Part shown: piece after piece, positions 24,415 to 35,702 of the stretch | Layout of the letters: every line of letters starts with the position of its first letter | Position numbering within the stretch: the first letter of the stretch is position 1 | Assembly (NCBI GenBank): GCA_965261085.1 | Contig: OZ253442.1 | Coordinates: 3,520,001 to 3,584,000 of the forward strand | Length of the DNA: 64,000 nucleotides | From: a bacterium | GTDB lineage: Bacteria; UBA8248 | Direction of reading: 5' to 3' | The notes under the pieces: model-generated | What the model was told of the DNA's origin: nothing | Database searches by the model: none | What the model saw: the letters and a program-made list of their open reading frames with translations, nothing else | Translations under genes and position numbers: made by a program

Positions 24415-25710
24415 TCAGGAGGCGCCGCGCCTCAAGCGCAAGGCCCGCGCGTGCGCGGGCAGGCCTTCCAGATCGGCGAGCCTCGCCGCAGGCTCGGCCA
24501 GCCGCACGGCGGCCTGCTCGTCGAAACACACCTTGCTCGTCCATTTGATGAAATCATACACCCCGAGCGGCGAGGCGAAGCGCGCCGCTCCTCCGGTGGG
24601 AAGCACGTGGTTGGGACCTGCGATGTAATCCCCTAAGGGAACCGGACTCCACGGCCCACAAAATACGGCCCCGGCATTGCGAATCCCCCGGGCCGCCTCT
24701 TCCGCGCGCTCCATCAATATCTCCAGATGCTCTGGCGCAAGCATCTCCGCCACCTCGATCGCCTGCTCGCGCGAGGCCACCTCGATGATGGCGCCGCGAT
24801 TCTCCAAAGCCTGCGCTATCTCCTCGCTCCTCACAGCGATGCGCAACTGGCTCTCCGTCTCCCGCTCCAGAGCATCCGCTACTTCCGCGCCTAAGCAAAC
24901 GCCCACCGCCATCGCCTGCGCGTCGTGCTCGGCCTGGGCGAGCAGGTCCGCCGCCGCCCACTCGGCCAGAGCCGCATCGTCCAAGAGCACGACCACCTCG
25001 CTCGGCCCCGCCTCCTTGTCGATTTCCACGCGCCCGCGCACGATGCGCTTGGCTGCTGCGACGTATACGTTGCCCGGCCCCACAATCTTGTCCACACGGG
25101 GGACGCTCCTCGTGCCGTAGGCCATGGCGGCGACCGCCTGCGCCCCGCCTACGCGCACGACGCGCTCAAGACCCGCCAGATGGGCCGCCGCCAGCACTGC
25201 GGCGGGCACCTCGCCGTTTGGACCCGGCGGCGTGCACAGAACCAACTCGCCGACACCCGCTACGCGCGCGGGAACCGCGTTCATGAGCACCGTGGAGGGA
25301 TAGGCCGCCGTGCCGCCCGGCGCATAGAGACCCACGCTCGTGAGCGCTGTGGGCTCGAGCGAAAGCCGCTCGCCGGGTGTTTGCTCCACCATAATTTTTC
25401 GGGGACCCTGCGCCTCGTGGAACGCGCGAATCCGCTCCTCGGCGAGCTTTAGGGCGTCGAGCGTCTCGGGCGGCAGCGCCTCGAGCGCGCGCGCCATCTC
25501 CTCTGGGCCTACGACGAGGCTCTCGGGGTCGAGAGAAACGCCGTCGAACTTTTTCGTCAGTTCGACGAGGGCGTCGTCGCCTCCTGCGCGCACGCGCTCG
25601 ATGATCGCGCGCACGCCGTCCTCTACGCGGGAAAAGGCATCCTCCCCGCTCAAGGAAAGTCGTTCGATCTCGGCGCCGAAGTTCTCCGCCCCGTAGCTGA
25701 AACGCCTCAC
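24415..25710 (-). CDS. hisD: Histidinol dehydrogenase
   Basis: YAPGGTAAYPSTVLM, GGAQA, GPGNVYV, AGPSEV, QAEHD, APEHL, GDYIAGPNHVLPT. Confidence 0.97.
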   Translation of the reverse strand: MRRFSYGAENFGAEIERLSLSGEDAFSRVEDGVRAIIERVRAGGDDALVELTKKFDGVSLDPESLVVGPEEMARALEALPPETLDALKLAEERIRAFHEAQGPRKIMVEQTPGERLSLEPTALTSVGLYAPGGTAAYPSTVLMNAVPARVAGVGELVLCTPPGPNGEVPAAVLAAAHLAGLERVVRVGGAQAVAAMAYGTRSVPRVDKIVGPGNVYVAAAKRIVRGRVEIDKEAGPSEVVVLLDDAALAEWAAADLLAQAEHDAQAMAVGVCLGAEVADALERETESQLRIAVRSEEIAQALENRGAIIEVASREQAIEVAEMLAPEHLEILMERAEEAARGIRNAGAVFCGPWSPVPLGDYIAGPNHVLPTGGAARFASPLGVYDFIKWTSKVCFDEQAAVRLAEPAARLADLEGLPAHARALRLRRGAS

Positions 25711-26417
25711 GCCTTCTCCTCACCGGAAGATGGCCTCTCACCATTGCCGGAGCGGTTCACGGCGGGGGGAATCACCCTCTTCAACTGTTCGATTATCGCG
25801 CTCACCTTCTTGTAGTTCGTCTTCAAGCTCGCCCGGTTGGCGATGAGCCTGGCCGTCGCGCTGAATATCTCGCGAATCGGGACCAGCCCATTGGCCCGAA
25901 GCGTTCCTCCGGTGTCCACCAAATCCACAATCAGGTCCGCCACCCCCGTGGCGGGCGCGATTTCCACGTTGCCGTACAGGCGGATGATCTTGGCCTGAAC
26001 CCCCATCCGCTCGAAAAAGCGGGTGGTGATGGCGGGAAATTTCGTCGCCACGCGCAGCGAAATTCGTCTGGTCAAATCCTCCCAGGCAATACCCTCGGGC
26101 GCAGCCACCATGAGGCGGCACGGCGCCATGTTCATGTCCAGGGGTTCGTATACGTCGCGCCCCTGTTCGAGCAATACGTCGCGCCCGATTATTCCCAAGT
26201 CTGCCGCGCCGCGCTCCACGTAGATGGGCACGTCGTGATTCCTGAGAATCAGGACCCGGATACCCGTTTTCGGGTCACGCAGGATGAGCTTTCGGGACTT
26301 ATCCGAGATCGACTTGGACAAGACTCCCGCCTTCACCAGACATTCGGTGGCTTCTGAGAAAATTCTCCCCTTGGGCAGGGCGATGATCAATTCTTTTTCC
26401 TGATTCTCTTTCATCAC
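25707..26417 (-). CDS. hisG: ATP phosphoribosyltransferase, short form
   Basis: IALPKGRI, DLGIIG.DVL.E, RVATKF, GNVEIAP..G.AD.IVDLV.TG.TL..NGL; no C-terminal regulatory domain. Confidence 0.95.
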   Translation of the reverse strand: MMKENQEKELIIALPKGRIFSEATECLVKAGVLSKSISDKSRKLILRDPKTGIRVLILRNHDVPIYVERGAADLGIIGRDVLLEQGRDVYEPLDMNMAPCRLMVAAPEGIAWEDLTRRISLRVATKFPAITTRFFERMGVQAKIIRLYGNVEIAPATGVADLIVDLVDTGGTLRANGLVPIREIFSATARLIANRASLKTNYKKVSAIIEQLKRVIPPAVNRSGNGERPSSGEEKA

Positions 26418-27673
26418 GACTCCACTTCGCGCCGGATATCCGCGCCGAGTTCTCTCAACCTCTCCTCGAGCCGCTGATATCCCCTGTCGATATGATATAC
26501 GTTGCGAACAATAGTTTCTCCATGAGCCGCCAGACCCGCCAGAACCAGCGAGGCGCTCGCCCTCAAGTCGGTCGCCGTGACCGAGGCTCCGGCGAGATGC
26601 GCCACGCCTTCGATGTGGGCCGTCCGACCGTCGATATGAATCCGCGCGTTCATTCTGGCGAGCTCGGCGGCGTGCATGAAGCGATTCTCGAAAATGGTCT
26701 CCGTGAGCACGCAGGTTCCGCCCGCCAGCGTCATCAACGCCATGAACTGGGCTTGTAAATCCGTGGGGAATCCGGGATAGGGCGCCGTCTTCACGTTTAC
26801 GGGCCGCACGGAGCCATCACCCCTCACGCGAATCCAGTCCTCGCCTTCAGAAACTTCCAGACCCGCTTCGCACAACTTGTGCGTAAGCGCGTGCATCTGT
26901 TCGGGCTCGCAATTTCTTATCGTCAACTCCCCTCCCGTGATGGCCGCCGCAATCATCAAGGTTCCCACCTCGATGCGGTCCGCGGGAACGGCCACGTCGT
27001 ATCCCGCGAGGGAATCCACCCCCTCGATTTCAATCACGGGCGTGCCCGCGCCGCTCACCCTGGCGCCCATCTGGTTCAACAAATTCGCGAGCGTCACCAC
27101 CTCGGGCTCCAAGGCCGCGTTTTCCAAAACGGTGACTCCTTTCGCCAGGCAGGCCGCCATCATCAGGTTCTTCGTCCCCGTCACGGTCGTGAGATCGAAC
27201 GATATGCGCGCGCCGGTGAGTTTCCGGGCTTTGGCCTCGATATAGCCCTGCTCTATATGGATGTCCGCCCCCATCGCGATCAGCCCCTTCAAGTGCTGAT
27301 CGATGGGCCTGGCCCCGATGGCGCAGCCGCCCGGAAGTGAGACGCGGGCCGAGCCGAAACGCGCCAGCAAGGGCCCCAGCACCAGTATGGACGCCCGCAT
27401 CGCCTGCACCAGTTCATAGGGCGCGACCCCGCCGGTGATGTTCGTGGCGTCCAGGGAGATGCGCCCGGGCGATTCTTCACGCGTCTTTACGCCGAACTCT
27501 CCCAAAAGCCGCAATATGGTGTTCGTATCGCGCAAGTCCGGGACCCGCCGCGCATGGCTGACGCCATCGGCGAGAATGGCGGCGGCCAAAATCGGCAAAG
27601 AGGCATTCTTGGAACCGGACGCCTCGGCCTCCCCGTGCAGCGGCCTGCCTCCCCGGATTCGAAATCGCTCCAA
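26414..27673 (-). CDS. murA: UDP-N-acetylglucosamine 1-carboxyvinyltransferase
   Basis: [44 protein letters not shown]. Confidence 0.98.
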   Translation of the reverse strand: MERFRIRGGRPLHGEAEASGSKNASLPILAAAILADGVSHARRVPDLRDTNTILRLLGEFGVKTREESPGRISLDATNITGGVAPYELVQAMRASILVLGPLLARFGSARVSLPGGCAIGARPIDQHLKGLIAMGADIHIEQGYIEAKARKLTGARISFDLTTVTGTKNLMMAACLAKGVTVLENAALEPEVVTLANLLNQMGARVSGAGTPVIEIEGVDSLAGYDVAVPADRIEVGTLMIAAAITGGELTIRNCEPEQMHALTHKLCEAGLEVSEGEDWIRVRGDGSVRPVNVKTAPYPGFPTDLQAQFMALMTLAGGTCVLTETIFENRFMHAAELARMNARIHIDGRTAHIEGVAHLAGASVTATDLRASASLVLAGLAAHGETIVRNVYHIDRGYQRLEERLRELGADIRREVES

Positions 27674-27676
27674 AAC

Positions 27677-28567
27677 CTAAACCCTCTGAAGTTCCAATAC
27701 CCTCTCGCGCCCGGCGAGATCCGTGCGGCATCTCGCTACGCGATAATTCCCCTGCTCCGCCGATAACGCCTCCGCCACGGCCATCTGGCGCGGGTCCATC
27801 TCGATCAACAAGAACCCCCCGCCCAAGAGGTATCGAGGCGCCTCCTCGATGATGCGCCGGATGAGGTCCATTCCGTCGGCGCCGCCATCCAGAGCGATTC
27901 GCGGCTCGAACGACGCAACCTCCGGCATCAAGCCTGCCAGTTCGCCAGAGGCCACATAGGGCGGGTTCGAGGCGATCAGGTCGAATTTATCTTCGCCGGC
28001 GAGAGCATCAAACAAATCGGAGGCCAGAAACCTCGTTCGGCCTCCGAGACCGAATTTTTTCGCGTTTCGCCTCGCCACGCCGAGCGCTCTTGGGCAGACA
28101 TCGAGCATGGTGACGCGCGCCTCAGCTAATTCGCGCGCAATCGCCAGCCCCACCGCGCCGCTGCCCGCGCATAAGTCCAGGACCCTGTACTCACTCCCTT
28201 TTCCCAATAGCGCCACGGCGCGCTCGACGAGCAACTCGGATTCGGGCCTTGGAATCAGCACGTCCGGCGAAACGAGAAAGGACATGGACCAGAACTCCCG
28301 CTCGCCCCGGATGTAGGCCATCGGCTCGCGCTGGATTCTCCTTTGCGCCAGCGCTTCGACTTGCGCCAGGGCTTCGGCCGGAACCACCTTTTCGGGATAC
28401 GCGTGGAGCTGCGCCCTGCCGCAGCCTAAAACCATCGCCAGGACGAGCCGCGCATCCAGCCCCGGCGCATCCACTCCCGCCCCGGCGAATTGCTCCTCCA
28501 GGCGGGAGAGCATAGCGCACACTTTTGTTCCTGATTCGCTTTGCGCCGCAGGAGGAGAAGTCGTCAT
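27677..28567 (-). CDS. prmC: Release factor glutamine methyltransferase
   Basis: [35 protein letters not shown]; downstream of prfA. Confidence 0.96.
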   Translation of the reverse strand: MTTSPPAAQSESGTKVCAMLSRLEEQFAGAGVDAPGLDARLVLAMVLGCGRAQLHAYPEKVVPAEALAQVEALAQRRIQREPMAYIRGEREFWSMSFLVSPDVLIPRPESELLVERAVALLGKGSEYRVLDLCAGSGAVGLAIARELAEARVTMLDVCPRALGVARRNAKKFGLGGRTRFLASDLFDALAGEDKFDLIASNPPYVASGELAGLMPEVASFEPRIALDGGADGMDLIRRIIEEAPRYLLGGGFLLIEMDPRQMAVAEALSAEQGNYRVARCRTDLAGRERVLELQRV

Positions 28568-29655
28568 TCCGGGGAGTGGGCTTCCGTGCTTTCTTCCAGT
28601 TCGGCCAGACGCTCCGCCTCGCGGCTCTCTATCACCCGTTTGACCATCTCGTCGATTCCCCCCTCCATGAACCCAGGAAGACCGTGGAGGGTGAGACCGA
28701 TGCGGTGATCGGTGATTCTGTCCTGGGGGAAGTTGTAGGTCCTTATCCTCTCGCTCCTGTCCCCACTGCCCACGAGGCTTTTCCGTTGCGCCGAACGCTC
28801 GGACATCTGCTTATGGATTTCCATGTCCAGCAGATGGGCCGAGAGGATCTTCATGGCCTTGGCGCGGTTTTTGTGCTGGCTCTTCTCGTCCTGACAGGTG
28901 ACGACGAGGCCGGTGGGCACATGGGTGATGCGGACGGCGGAATCCGTCGTGTTCACGCTCTGGCCACCCGGACCGGAGGAGCGATAGACGTCGATCCGCA
29001 AGTCTTTCTCCCCGATGTTGAGCGCAATCTCGTCCGCTTCGGGTAGCACGGCCACCGTGGCGGCGGATGTGTGAATTCTGCCTTGCGTCTCGGTGACGGG
29101 CACTCTTTGGACGCGATGCGTTCCGCTCTCATAGCGCAGGCGGCTGTAGGCGCCCGCCCCCTTGATCAACGCGGAGACTTCCTTCAAGCCGCCCAAGTCG
29201 CTCCCGCTCTTGCTCAACTCCTCCGCCCTCCAGCCCTGGGCCTCGGCGTAGCGCACGTACATGCGGTACAAATCGGCCGCGAAGAGCGCGGCCTCCCGAC
29301 CGCCCGTGCCCGCGCGAACTTCCAAGATGATGTTTTTCTCATCGTTCGGGTCCCTGGGCAGGAGAAGCTGGCGCAGCCTCTTCTCCACTTCTTCGATCTT
29401 CGCGCCTGCGTCTTCCAGTTCGGCTTGCGCGAGCTTGCTCATCTCCGGGTCCCCGTCCTCGAGCAGAACCTTCGCCTCCTCGATGGCGTCTTCGTATCCG
29501 CGCCATTCCTCATAAGCCTGGACGACCTGGGAGAGTTCCTTGTGCTCGCGCGCGGTCTGCTCGAACTTCTTGCGGTCCTTGAGCAAGGCCGGGTCGGACA
29601 AGCGCATCTCCAGCGTCTGATGTTTTTCGATGATTTGTACGATTTTTTCGAACAT
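28564..29655 (-). CDS. prfA: Peptide chain release factor 1
   Basis: [18 protein letters not shown] (PxT, RF1-specific), [19 protein letters not shown]. Confidence 0.97.
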   Translation of the reverse strand: MFEKIVQIIEKHQTLEMRLSDPALLKDRKKFEQTAREHKELSQVVQAYEEWRGYEDAIEEAKVLLEDGDPEMSKLAQAELEDAGAKIEEVEKRLRQLLLPRDPNDEKNIILEVRAGTGGREAALFAADLYRMYVRYAEAQGWRAEELSKSGSDLGGLKEVSALIKGAGAYSRLRYESGTHRVQRVPVTETQGRIHTSAATVAVLPEADEIALNIGEKDLRIDVYRSSGPGGQSVNTTDSAVRITHVPTGLVVTCQDEKSQHKNRAKAMKILSAHLLDMEIHKQMSERSAQRKSLVGSGDRSERIRTYNFPQDRITDHRIGLTLHGLPGFMEGGIDEMVKRVIESREAERLAELEESTEAHSPE

Positions 29656-29777
29656 GGGGATCAACCGACGGGCAGCGAATAGGGTGGCCCGGCATGAAGC
29701 CCGGGACCATGAATCCGCGTTTGCCGGGGAGCCGCCGCCCAGGGCAGTCCCCAGGGCAAACACGGGAGGCTCCGGGC

Positions 29778-30326
29778 TTATGAGTCCTCGGGCTTTTCGG
29801 CTTCTCCGCTCGGTTCAGGCGCAGGCGATGCGTCGGGTGAAGCATCATCAACGGCAGCGACCGCCTCGGCATCTTTCGGTTCAGGATCGGGCGAAGCATC
29901 CTCGGCCACGGCAACCGCTTCGGCCTCGACGGATTCTTCTTTCTTCGCCTGGGCCGCTTGCCTGGCGGCGCGCTCCTCAGCCCGCTTCCGCCTGGCTTCT
30001 TCTCTGAGCGCTTTTTCTTCCGCCGCTTTCTCTTCGACCATACGCGCTTCTCTCTCCAGTAAGGCCGCTTTCTCCGCCTCTGCGGAGGCTTGCTTTCTCT
30101 TGCGCTTGGAGACCCGCACCTCCTTGCCTTCGAACTTCTTCATGAATTTTTCTACGCGGCCTTCGGTATCCACGATGCGCGCCTGTTTTCCGGTGAAGAA
30201 CGGATGGCACTGCGAACAAACCTCCACACGTATCTCACTGCGCGTGGAGAACGTCGTGAATTCGGCGCCGCAACCACTGCAGGAAACCCTGCACTCGAAC
30301 AACTCGGGATGAATCTCGGCCTTCAT
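29778..30326 (-). CDS. rpmE: 50S ribosomal protein L31 with a long C-terminal extension
   Basis: [35 protein letters not shown] core, followed by about 110 aa of K/E/A-rich then acidic tail. Confidence 0.93.
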   Translation of the reverse strand: MKAEIHPELFECRVSCSGCGAEFTTFSTRSEIRVEVCSQCHPFFTGKQARIVDTEGRVEKFMKKFEGKEVRVSKRKRKQASAEAEKAALLEREARMVEEKAAEEKALREEARRKRAEERAARQAAQAKKEESVEAEAVAVAEDASPDPEPKDAEAVAAVDDASPDASPAPEPSGEAEKPEDS

Positions 30327-30440
30327 AACCAGGCGCTCCAAAATCTCGGGGTCGAAATGTCGAAAACAATTCGATAAAAAACGATAAATTGAGGTGGTTT
30401 TTCGATAAATAAACCAGCCTCTCCTCTACTGAGAGAGCGC

Positions 30441-30469
30441 TTTATATCGAAACTCCAGCACCTTGTCTA
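30441..30469 (-). promoter_or_regulatory. sigma70 promoter for the rpmE-prfA operon
   Basis: TAGACA-17 nt-TATAAA on the minus strand. Confidence 0.6.
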
Positions 30470-30508
30470 CCCCAAAAAACAGGTAAAAACAAGAGGTTGG
30501 CAATACCG

Positions 30509-31801
30509 CTAGTTGTTCATCGAAGCGAGGAAATCCTCGTTCGTCTTCGTTTCCTGGATTTTCTCGAGCAAAAGCTCCATCGAATCCACCACGCCCAGCG
30601 GCTGTAAGACCTTGCGCAACACCCATACGCGGTTGAGTTCCTGCGGGCTGAGCAACAACTCTTCTTTCCTGGTGCCGGACTTGTTGATGTCGACCGAGGG
30701 GAACACGCGCTTGTCGGAAAGTTTCCTGTCAAGGTGAACTTCCATGTTGCCCGTGCCCTTGAACTCCTCGAAAATCACGTCGTCCATCCGGCTGCCCGTC
30801 TCCACCAGGGCCGTAGCGAGAATGGTCAGGCTTCCTCCTTCTTCGAGGTTTCGCGCCGCGCCGAAGAAGCGTTTGGGCCGCTGCAACGCGTTCGAGTCCA
30901 CGCCGCCGGAGAGGACTTTCCCGCTCGGCGAGATGATGGTGTTATGTGCGCGCGCCAACCGTGTGATGGAATCGAGCAAGATGACGACATCCTGCTTGTG
31001 CTCGGTGAGCCTTTTCGCCTTTTCAATCACCATGTCCGCTACCTGGACATGGCGAGACGCCGGCTCGTCGAAGGTCGAACTAATCACTTCCCCGCGCACG
31101 GAGCGCTCCATGTCCGTGACTTCCTCGGGGCGCTCATCGATGAGCAGAACGATCAGATGCACTTCGGGGTGATTCGTCGCGATGCTCTTCGCAATGGACT
31201 GAAGCATCATCGTCTTACCGGTTCGCGGAGCGGCGACGATGAGGCCGCGCTGCCCGAAGCCGATCGGCGTCATGAGGTCCAGCACGCGCGAGCTGACCTC
31301 CTCCCCGGATATTTCGAGCTCTATCCTGCGGTCCGGATACAAGGGAGTCAGGTTATCGAACAGAACCTTGTCCTTGCTCGCTTCGGGGGGCTCGAAATTA
31401 ATCTTTTCGACTTTCAAAAGCGCAAAATACCGCTCCCCCTCTTTGGGCTGGCGAATTTCACCGCTCACCGTATCGCCGGTGCGAAGATCGAAGCGGCGGA
31501 TTTGACTGGGGGAAACATAAATATCGTCAGGACCGGGCAAATAATTGTATGCGGGCGAACGCAAGAACCCGAACCCGTCCGGCAAAATCTCCAGCACGCC
31601 CTCTCCGGTGATGGTTCCACCGCCACCGTTGCGATCCTTGTCGGACTGCGCCTCCAGTATCTTGTAAATCAGATCCTGTTTTCTGAGCCCACTGGCGCTT
31701 TCGGCACTGAACTCCTTTAGAATCTGGTTGAGTTCTCCAATGGTCTTTTTCTTCAGTTCCGCGAGGTTCAAACTGCGAGATTTTGTTTCTGATGTTGCCA
31801 T
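30509..31801 (-). CDS. rho: Transcription termination factor Rho
   Basis: [52 protein letters not shown]; ATG 31801 with GAAGGA RBS. Confidence 0.98.
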   Translation of the reverse strand: MATSETKSRSLNLAELKKKTIGELNQILKEFSAESASGLRKQDLIYKILEAQSDKDRNGGGGTITGEGVLEILPDGFGFLRSPAYNYLPGPDDIYVSPSQIRRFDLRTGDTVSGEIRQPKEGERYFALLKVEKINFEPPEASKDKVLFDNLTPLYPDRRIELEISGEEVSSRVLDLMTPIGFGQRGLIVAAPRTGKTMMLQSIAKSIATNHPEVHLIVLLIDERPEEVTDMERSVRGEVISSTFDEPASRHVQVADMVIEKAKRLTEHKQDVVILLDSITRLARAHNTIISPSGKVLSGGVDSNALQRPKRFFGAARNLEEGGSLTILATALVETGSRMDDVIFEEFKGTGNMEVHLDRKLSDKRVFPSVDINKSGTRKEELLLSPQELNRVWVLRKVLQPLGVVDSMELLLEKIQETKTNEDFLASMNN

Positions 31802-32216
31802 AACTTCCTTCTCCTTGGTTAGGTGGGCACCTGTTACCGCCTGGAACGTGAGATTATGCCTTCTGGTCGCACCACTCGCCACGTTCTGCGCGGGGAGACT
31901 TTTCCTCCTAGCCTCAAGCGGTAAGGTTGATGTGATGAAATTCCTTCATGTTCGATTCAAGAGCAGATTCTCATCGCCGGGTGCGATGCGAAGCGCGCAT
32001 TCGGTGTTTTTCAGTTCCAGCCATGGTCGCTCGCATAAAACCATTTCTGGAAATATATTCATCCGAGGACAGGGATAAACCTAAAGGTGGTTATATTTCC
32101 CAAGACAAATTCTTTTCTATTTTATCCAAAATTCCAAATAGTTGCGTATCAGATGGCGTTTGAAGTTTAGGGCGACGAAACTGTATCAGGAATAGCCGAC
32201 AAAAACACTATGTGAA

Positions 32217-32245
32217 AAAGTAATAAGTTCCTACAAATTTGTCAA
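32217..32245 (-). promoter_or_regulatory. Putative sigma70 promoter for rho
   Basis: TTGACA-17 nt-TACTTT on the minus strand with an A-rich upstream element. Confidence 0.55.
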
Positions 32246-32256
32246 CACTTTTTATT

Positions 32257-32856
32257 TTATATCCTAGAAAGTAATTTCATCAACTCCTCTACCTGCTTTC
32301 GGGTATCATCGATCGAACCGCGATTGTCGATCACGTGATCCGCATACTTCACTTTTTCCGACAGCGGCATCTGCGCATTGACACGCTTTATGGCTTCGTC
32401 TTCATTCATCCCGTTTCGGCGACGTAATCGGCATATTTGCTGAGATTCATCACAATCGACAACCACTATCGCGTCGAATCGCTTCCAGCTCCCGGATTCG
32501 ATCATGACGGCGGCGTCCACAATCGCGATGGGCGCCCGCCCCTCCAGTTCCAGGTCTTTCAACCGCCTGTCTTGCTCGGCTATGATTTCAGGATGCAGAA
32601 TGTTCTCCAGAATCTTCTTTTTCGAGGGGTCGGAAAAAACAATCTCCCCGAGTCTGGAGCGTTTCAGGCTCTTCTCGTCGGTGAGAACATCTTCTCCAAA
32701 AGCATTGACGATCGCCACGAGAGCGCGAGACCCCGGAGCAACCACCTCACGCGCAATCACGTCCGCGTCGATTACCGGAACGTCCAGATCCGTGAACATC
32801 CGGCTCACCGTGGATTTTCCGCTGGCGATTCCCCCAGTCAGGCCAACCTTGCGCAC
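32257..32856 (-). CDS. coaE: Dephospho-CoA kinase
   Basis: GLTGGIASGKSTV, IDAD.IAR, HP.I, AQMPL.EK..AD.VI.N; start uncertain. Confidence 0.96.
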   Translation of the reverse strand: MRKVGLTGGIASGKSTVSRMFTDLDVPVIDADVIAREVVAPGSRALVAIVNAFGEDVLTDEKSLKRSRLGEIVFSDPSKKKILENILHPEIIAEQDRRLKDLELEGRAPIAIVDAAVMIESGSWKRFDAIVVVDCDESQQICRLRRRNGMNEDEAIKRVNAQMPLSEKVKYADHVIDNRGSIDDTRKQVEELMKLLSRI

Positions 32857-32909
32857 GTCACCACATTCGGTTTTCGAGAAGCACCATTTGAAGACATCCG
32901 TCAAGGAGA

Positions 32910-33185
32910 TTAAATTCCCCGTCGTTTGGCCTCTTGCTCATAATGCTTGTTGAAGAGTATCTCCCAGTCACGACTCCCCTCCACCAGCCTGCTGGAATAC
33001 GTGCTTAAAACTCTTCGCACCTCTTCTTCAATCTCATCATCGATAATCAACTCGTTGCTGATGGCGCGTAGAACATTCATGCGAAAATCCTGGGGCTCGA
33101 CCAGAAAATCCACATCCTCACATTCTTCCATATCCTTGACGACTAAATTCGTCAGGTGATTGATCTTCTCGCGGCTGAGTTTCAT
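32910..33185 (-). CDS. DUF507 family protein
   Basis: MKLSREKINHL..IEEEVRRVL..EGSRDWEILF; paralogous to the upstream gene. Confidence 0.75.
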   Translation of the reverse strand: MKLSREKINHLTNLVVKDMEECEDVDFLVEPQDFRMNVLRAISNELIIDDEIEEEVRRVLSTYSSRLVEGSRDWEILFNKHYEQEAKRRGI

Positions 33186-33235
33186 GGCCGCGCTCTCCTT
33201 GTAATAAAAATGATCTGAAAAACTTCTCCATGTCG

Positions 33236-33517
33236 CTAAAGCACGAGATTTCGCTCGCGCGCCAGCTTTGTTTTCACCATCGTAAACATACGGCTGTAGT
33301 CCACGTTGCCCCTGTCCATTTCATCTTCGAAATCCCGCAAGATATCCTTGACCTCGTCGTTGAGGCGATCCTCCACCATCAAGTCCGCCTCGATTACATG
33401 CGCAATCCGGGTTCTGAGCACTTCCTCGTTCGAATCCTCGGATATCAATTCACGACGATTCAGCCTCTCGACGATCCTGCGGGCAATTCGCTCAATCATC
33501 TCTTTTCTCAGTCTCAT
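33236..33517 (-). CDS. DUF507 family protein
   Basis: MRLRKE..EDRLNDEVKDIL..DYSRMF..VK.KLARER signature. Confidence 0.8.
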   Translation of the reverse strand: MRLRKEMIERIARRIVERLNRRELISEDSNEEVLRTRIAHVIEADLMVEDRLNDEVKDILRDFEDEMDRGNVDYSRMFTMVKTKLARERNLVL

Positions 33518-33537
33518 ATCGGGCCCTCCCCAGCAAT

Positions 33538-34607
33538 TTATAAGGCCGTATCACCTGCTTTTCTTCCGCGGCGGCCCTTGCGGTACTTCTTTAAGGCGGC
33601 TTCCAGATCTTGGGCAAACGCATCGCGCAATTCGGCCGGAGCCATCAATTCCGCTTCCTGACCGAAAGACATCAGCCATCGTCTGAAACCCCATATATCA
33701 CTTACCCGAACCATCACCTCGCGGCTCGATTTACTCGATTTCTTCAAATGCTCCACTTCGCCGAACGCTTCCTTCATGAAGGCGACGACCGCATGAAGCG
33801 CTACATCCTTCCCGAATCGAACCCTCACATTCAAACCATTATTCATCGCTTCGCGCAAACACTCGGCCAGCAAAGCCTTTAAATCCAATCCCAGCGGCAT
33901 TTGAAAGGCCCCGGCCACGATACGAACGCTTTCTATGCCCTCCAGATGCCAGACGTCCAAGACGTTTTTTTCGGATTCCCGCGCCAGCAGATGATAGCTC
34001 CCTCCCTCAAAATACAGGAGATACGGGTCTATCTTCCACCAGCGCTTCGAATCTCCCCTGCCCGGGCCGCCATGATGCGGGCTGGTTTTCCTTTTTTTAT
34101 CGCTTCGAGCAGGATGCCGCCCACCCTGCGCTGCCGCCCATGTTCTCTGAGCGCTCCCACGACTCCGGCGTAGCGTGGCTCCACTCCCTCCGCATATGCG
34201 CGCAGGGCCGCGGGAATATAATGGCGCAAGCGGCTGAAAACACCGCTGATGCTGGCGTTCAGCGCCTCCTCCCGCAATGGACTGCCCGGCAAACCCCTCA
34301 ACATGCACAGGGCGTAATACAATGACGCCCACTGCGAAGGCAAGAATGGCTTTGGAACCGAATCCACATATTCCTGCAATAAACGATACCTCATCTTTCG
34401 GCCCATGCGAACCCTCTCCAAAGGGAATCCCGCCTTCATCAAATGGGAAACGTCCCTTTGAAGCGTTCTCAAACTCCACTCATGGGCGGCGCCGTCCGCC
34501 GATTCTTCACTCAAGACTCCAAGGAGTTCTTCATAAGTCCAGCTATCCCCGCTCTCCAAAGCCCGGAGAAGCCGCCAGCGACGTATGAATTGATCCTGAA
34601 GCGCCAT
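33538..34607 (-). pseudogene. HTH-WYL-WCX (PafB/PafC/YafY-like) transcriptional regulator split by a -1 frameshift near 34072-34098
   Basis: Frame 1 (34607-34029) has the HTH SLRTLQRDVSHLMKAGFPL and LLEAIKKGKPARI; frame 2 continues IDPYLLYFEGGSYHLLA and WCX RWLMSFGQEAELMAPAELRD. Confidence 0.75.
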
Positions 34608-34617
34608 CTGGCGTTCC

Positions 34618-35493
34618 TTATGTTGCCGCCCGGTGGGTTTTCGCACGTTCCGACAATTCAAACAGCAAACCCAAGGGCTGCGAGAATTGCCCCAATCTAT
34701 CCCGCTTATGCGGGACGCCGTGACAATCGGAGCCTCCCATACATAATAGCCCGTATTCTTTCGCTAATTTCCGGTAATGACTTTGCGCATCCGCGCCTTG
34801 AGCGGGGTGTTCCACCTCGATGCCCGAGAGTCCCGCTTCCGCCATGGCCGGGATGATTTCATCACACCCGTTCAGCAACGGATGGGCCAGGGTGGCGACA
34901 CCACCGGCGTCATGAATCAGTGTAAGCGCATCGAAATGGGAAAGTATATCCAGTTCCACATAGCCGGGCGCGCTTTCTCCGATATATCTCTCAAAAACCT
35001 CCCGGCGCGAGTTCGCGAAGCCCTTCTTGAGCATATACGTCCCCAACTGACCCCGGGTGATGCTGGGGCAATGCGCGTAGGTGTCGAAAAAATCTTTTTT
35101 GTCCACCGCCAGGCCACAGCGCCCCAGCCGATCGATTATCTCTCCCATCCTCTTCACTCTGGCTGATCCCTGCACCTTTATTTGCTTCACCAGACGAGGC
35201 GCGTCCGGCCGAATGAAATGCCCGAGAAGGTGCACGCTCCGGCCCAGATGGTCACAAGAGAATTCGATGCCCGGCACAAATTCGATCCCCAGCCTTTCCG
35301 CCTCCACGCTCGCGCGAGCCAAACCGGCGACCGTGTCGTGATCCGTGAGTGATATGGCGCGAATGCCCGCTCGTTTCGCCCTTTGGATGAGCTTTTCCGG
35401 GGAGTCCAGGCCATCGGACATATTCGAGTGGGCGTGAAACTCCACGACCTTCTCATCCAGGGAGAGGCCGCTTAAGTTCGAGACAAACGCCAT
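34618..35493 (-). CDS. PHP domain metal-dependent phosphoesterase (YciV/TrpH-like)
   Basis: HAHSNMSDG, LTDHDT, GIEFS, HLLGH, AHP, GGSDCHG. Confidence 0.9.
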   Translation of the reverse strand: MAFVSNLSGLSLDEKVVEFHAHSNMSDGLDSPEKLIQRAKRAGIRAISLTDHDTVAGLARASVEAERLGIEFVPGIEFSCDHLGRSVHLLGHFIRPDAPRLVKQIKVQGSARVKRMGEIIDRLGRCGLAVDKKDFFDTYAHCPSITRGQLGTYMLKKGFANSRREVFERYIGESAPGYVELDILSHFDALTLIHDAGGVATLAHPLLNGCDEIIPAMAEAGLSGIEVEHPAQGADAQSHYRKLAKEYGLLCMGGSDCHGVPHKRDRLGQFSQPLGLLFELSERAKTHRAAT

Positions 35494-35547
35494 AGATACA
35501 GATTCCTGAATACGAGGGAAACGGCGACTTTCACCCAACGCAATGAA

Positions 35548-35622
<75 letters not shown>

Positions 35623-35632
35623 CTACATCTTG

Positions 35633-35662
35633 ACGATAGGGCCATGTCGCCGATGGTGTCAA
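35633..35662 (-). promoter_or_regulatory. sigma70 promoter of tRNA-Gly
   Basis: TTGACA-18 nt-TATCGT immediately upstream of the tRNA. Confidence 0.6.
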
Positions 35663-35702
35663 GGAAATGAAAGAGAAAATAATGCAATCGACAAACAACG
35701 CG

